Under the pieces are notes generated by a model. It ran no database searches. It saw only the letters and a list, made by a program, of their open reading frames with translations, and was not told the origin of the DNA. Shown here piece after piece: positions 62,701 to 64,000 of a stretch of DNA of 64,000 nucleotides (positions are counted from its first letter, which is position 1; each line of letters starts with the position of its first letter). Position numbers and translations under genes: made by a program. Source of the DNA: Pirellulales bacterium (GTDB taxonomy: Bacteria > Planctomycetota > Planctomycetia > Pirellulales > PALSA-1355); assembly GCA_963733035.1 (NCBI GenBank), contig CAVTBU010000003.1:15012-79011 (forward strand). Direction: 5' to 3'.

Positions 62701-62865
62701 GCGCCGATGGCGCTTTCCAACGGGATGGGCGCCGAAGTGCAGCGCCCGCTGGCTACGGTAGTGATTGGCGGCGTCATTTCCAGCACGGTGATGACCCTGT
62801 TCGTGATGCCCGCCCTGTACCGGTTGCTCGTGCGAGCCCGCTCCGAGCCCGTGGTGGTTGCCTAA
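59788..62865 (+). CDS. CusA/CzcA family heavy-metal RND permease
   Basis: 'DAFPDTT..QVQINT', 'TGLGEV', 'AIDFGIVVD', 'EG.MFRPMA', 'GAEVQRPLATVVIGG'. Confidence 0.95.
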   Translation: MAARIIIWSLNYRWLVVAIAIVFAIVGVFSGRSLNFDAFPDTTPVQVQINTPAPALVPEEIERLITFPVELAISGMAGLEQVRSVSQFGASAVIATFRDGTDVYRARQQINERLSTVEVPEGIERPTMGPVATGLGEVFQYTLTSRTLDATELRTLHDWVIKPKMRAVSGVAEVNSWGGLEKEYQVRIDPTKLLRHEVSFDEVVDAVRENNLNVGGGNINENATGEMLLVQGVGRTSSVDQIANIVVTAKQGVPIRVADVADVVIGHQLRKGAVTANGQGEVVLGLGFMLMGENSYAVTHRLKDKMEQVKQTLPAGVEVATVYDRTRLVDQVIATVRANLFDGALLVTAIVFIFLGNLRAGLIVALAIPFSMLFAFSGMLQLGIAGTLLSLGAIDFGIVVDSSLVVIESILRRIAHLGDNDPALVRDATIEVRQPTTFGQLIIMIVYLPILSLQGVEGRMFRPMALTVILVLIGSLILSLTLMPVLASFLLPRRIEEKDPLIVRLAKRIYQPLLGAALKSKLAVLGFATGGLATAVYLAMGLGTEFVPRLSEGDVVVGVLRPAGTHLSEAIAINTRMERLLLEHFPDEVDHLWCRMGAPEVATDAGDVQISEIFVSLKPREQWSKAQSQAELMGLMNGVIGRFPGQTVWLTQPIEQRINEMVSGVRADVALKLFGDDIDTLVAKGRELEKALGSVPGCVDLATEQIKGQPILQIKVDQDSIARYGLSARTVLDLVESVSSKPLGEVIEGQLRFPLSARLPESMRDSPETIANIMMLTPTREQLPLSMLADVKRAEGPKMISREWSKRRITVQCNVRGRDIGSFIAEAQQRVSNGVQLPYGYSIEWGGQFENMQRAQQRLAVVVPLALLLIILLLYVTYKNVTDTLCVFTSVPLACIGGIGLLWLREMPISISAAVGFITLSGVSVLNSMVFVSALRDLLRQGVDPGEAISTAAMTRLRTVMMTALVASVGFAPMALSNGMGAEVQRPLATVVIGGVISSTVMTLFVMPALYRLLVRARSEPVVVA

Positions 62866-63267
62866 ACCGAGGCGGCAAGCGGTTCACCAACGCTTCTGAT
62901 GACACCATGCCACTTGGCGGCATAGAAATCTGACCGCCCGCGGTGTTGCTGTCGTCGCTCCGCACCTTGGATATTCCGCCACGGAATGGCCAGAAAGAAC
63001 AGATGCAGTTCAAGTGCGGTTCCTCGAAATCCGATGCATCAAGTGGCGATTTGCGCGTTTCTGCCAATCCGGCGAGCGCGTACGTCGTCAACGCCCTCCG
63101 AATCGGCAAAGCTGTCCTAGACTGCCGACGTTCGCGATCAAAAGCCTGCCCTCGTCCCGCCTCGATTCACTTCGCATCGTTGCCTGAGTGCCTGGCTGAC
63201 AGTTCGACGCGTGTTCGAGATGCGCGGCACGCCGCTGCTTGCGCCTGAGTTGGGTAGGGAAGCCCAG

Positions 63268-64000
63268 ATGCATTCACAACGTCCACTTGCCAGCAAGTTG
63301 CTGATGGCAATCGCCATTGCGATCGCCTATCCATGCGCTCTTGAGGCACAGCAAGCGGGCGAGAATGCCCCGGGGCCAGCAGCCGCGGCCACCGATTCAA
63401 CACAATCGGAAGCGCAATTGGGCGGCGGCCTCTCGACGGACATGAAGCTCGACGACCTCGTCAAACAGGACGTCGTCGTTCCGGCATTGAGCCAGGTGGT
63501 CGAAACGGCTGAACGCCAGGTCAGCACCGTGGGCCGAACGCCGGCGGCGGTGTTTGTCATCACGCAAGAGATGATCAAGCGGAGCGGCGCACGCTATGTG
63601 CCGGAAGTCCTGCGAATGGCTCCGGGGGTCTCGGTGGCCAAGATCGATTCCAGCACGTGGGCGATCACGGCGCGCGGTTTCGAAGGACGGTATGCGAACA
63701 AGCTGCTGGTGCAGATCGACAACCGCGTTGTCTATTCGCCCACGACTTTCGGCGGCGTCTTTTGGGACGTGCAGTACCTGCCGCTGACGGACATCGAGCG
63801 GATTGAAGTGATTCGCGGTCCGGGAACCACCACCTGGGGTTCAAACGCCGTGAATGGCGTGATCAACATCATCACCAAGAAGGCCAGCGATACGCAAGGG
63901 CCAATGATTCAGTCGGGAGGCGGTAATCAGGAGCAGGATTTCAATACCGTGCAATACGGTAGCAAGTCGGGTGATATTGCCTGGCGAGCTTGGGGCCAGC
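63268..64000 (+). CDS. TonB-dependent receptor, N-terminal plug region (runs off the window)
   Basis: Translated by hand: signal peptide, 'TPAAVFVIT.E.I.RSG..PEVLR.APG', 'NKLLVQID', 'IERIEVIRGPG..WGSNAVNGVINIITK'. Confidence 0.9.
   Translation, partial: MHSQRPLASKLLMAIAIAIAYPCALEAQQAGENAPGPAAAATDSTQSEAQLGGGLSTDMKLDDLVKQDVVVPALSQVVETAERQVSTVGRTPAAVFVITQEMIKRSGARYVPEVLRMAPGVSVAKIDSSTWAITARGFEGRYANKLLVQIDNRVVYSPTTFGGVFWDVQYLPLTDIERIEVIRGPGTTTWGSNAVNGVINIITKKASDTQGPMIQSGGGNQEQDFNTVQYGSKSGDIAWRAWGQ

Overview
High-GC 64-kb window from a planctomycete, most likely Pirellulales. The evidence is a planctomycete extracellular 'FEPLExRxLLA' leader, PQQ/BamB-like propellers with 'DWPQWRGP', Zn-ribbon SpoVG and long-form PurL. 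Most of it is core-like chromosome: lysS-lolC/E x2-lolD-ilvE, ispE-spoVG, tyrA-purL-purQ, FHA-rsgA-hflX, aroA, mutS, and a CzcB/CzcA pair. The left end (about 1-5.8 kb) looks accessory, with a degenerate RAYT transposase, a sigma54-driven DUF1328 gene, AhpD-DUF302, a cytosine deaminase and a modular GH18 chitinase. Eight genes carry one frameshift each, mostly in short G/C runs, which is best read as long-read assembly error. I saw no rRNA, tRNA or CRISPR array. The most interesting candidates are: (i) a flippase-like / GT2 / GT-C-like operon facing a Pro/Ser/Thr-rich membrane protein, possibly an uncharacterised lipid-carrier glycosylation system; (ii) an ABC exporter with a membrane-anchored beta-rich periplasmic partner; (iii) tandem divergent lolC/E paralogues; (iv) a stand-alone flavin halogenase-like gene behind a tandem palindromic operator. 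All calls come from motif recognition by eye; no database searches were run.
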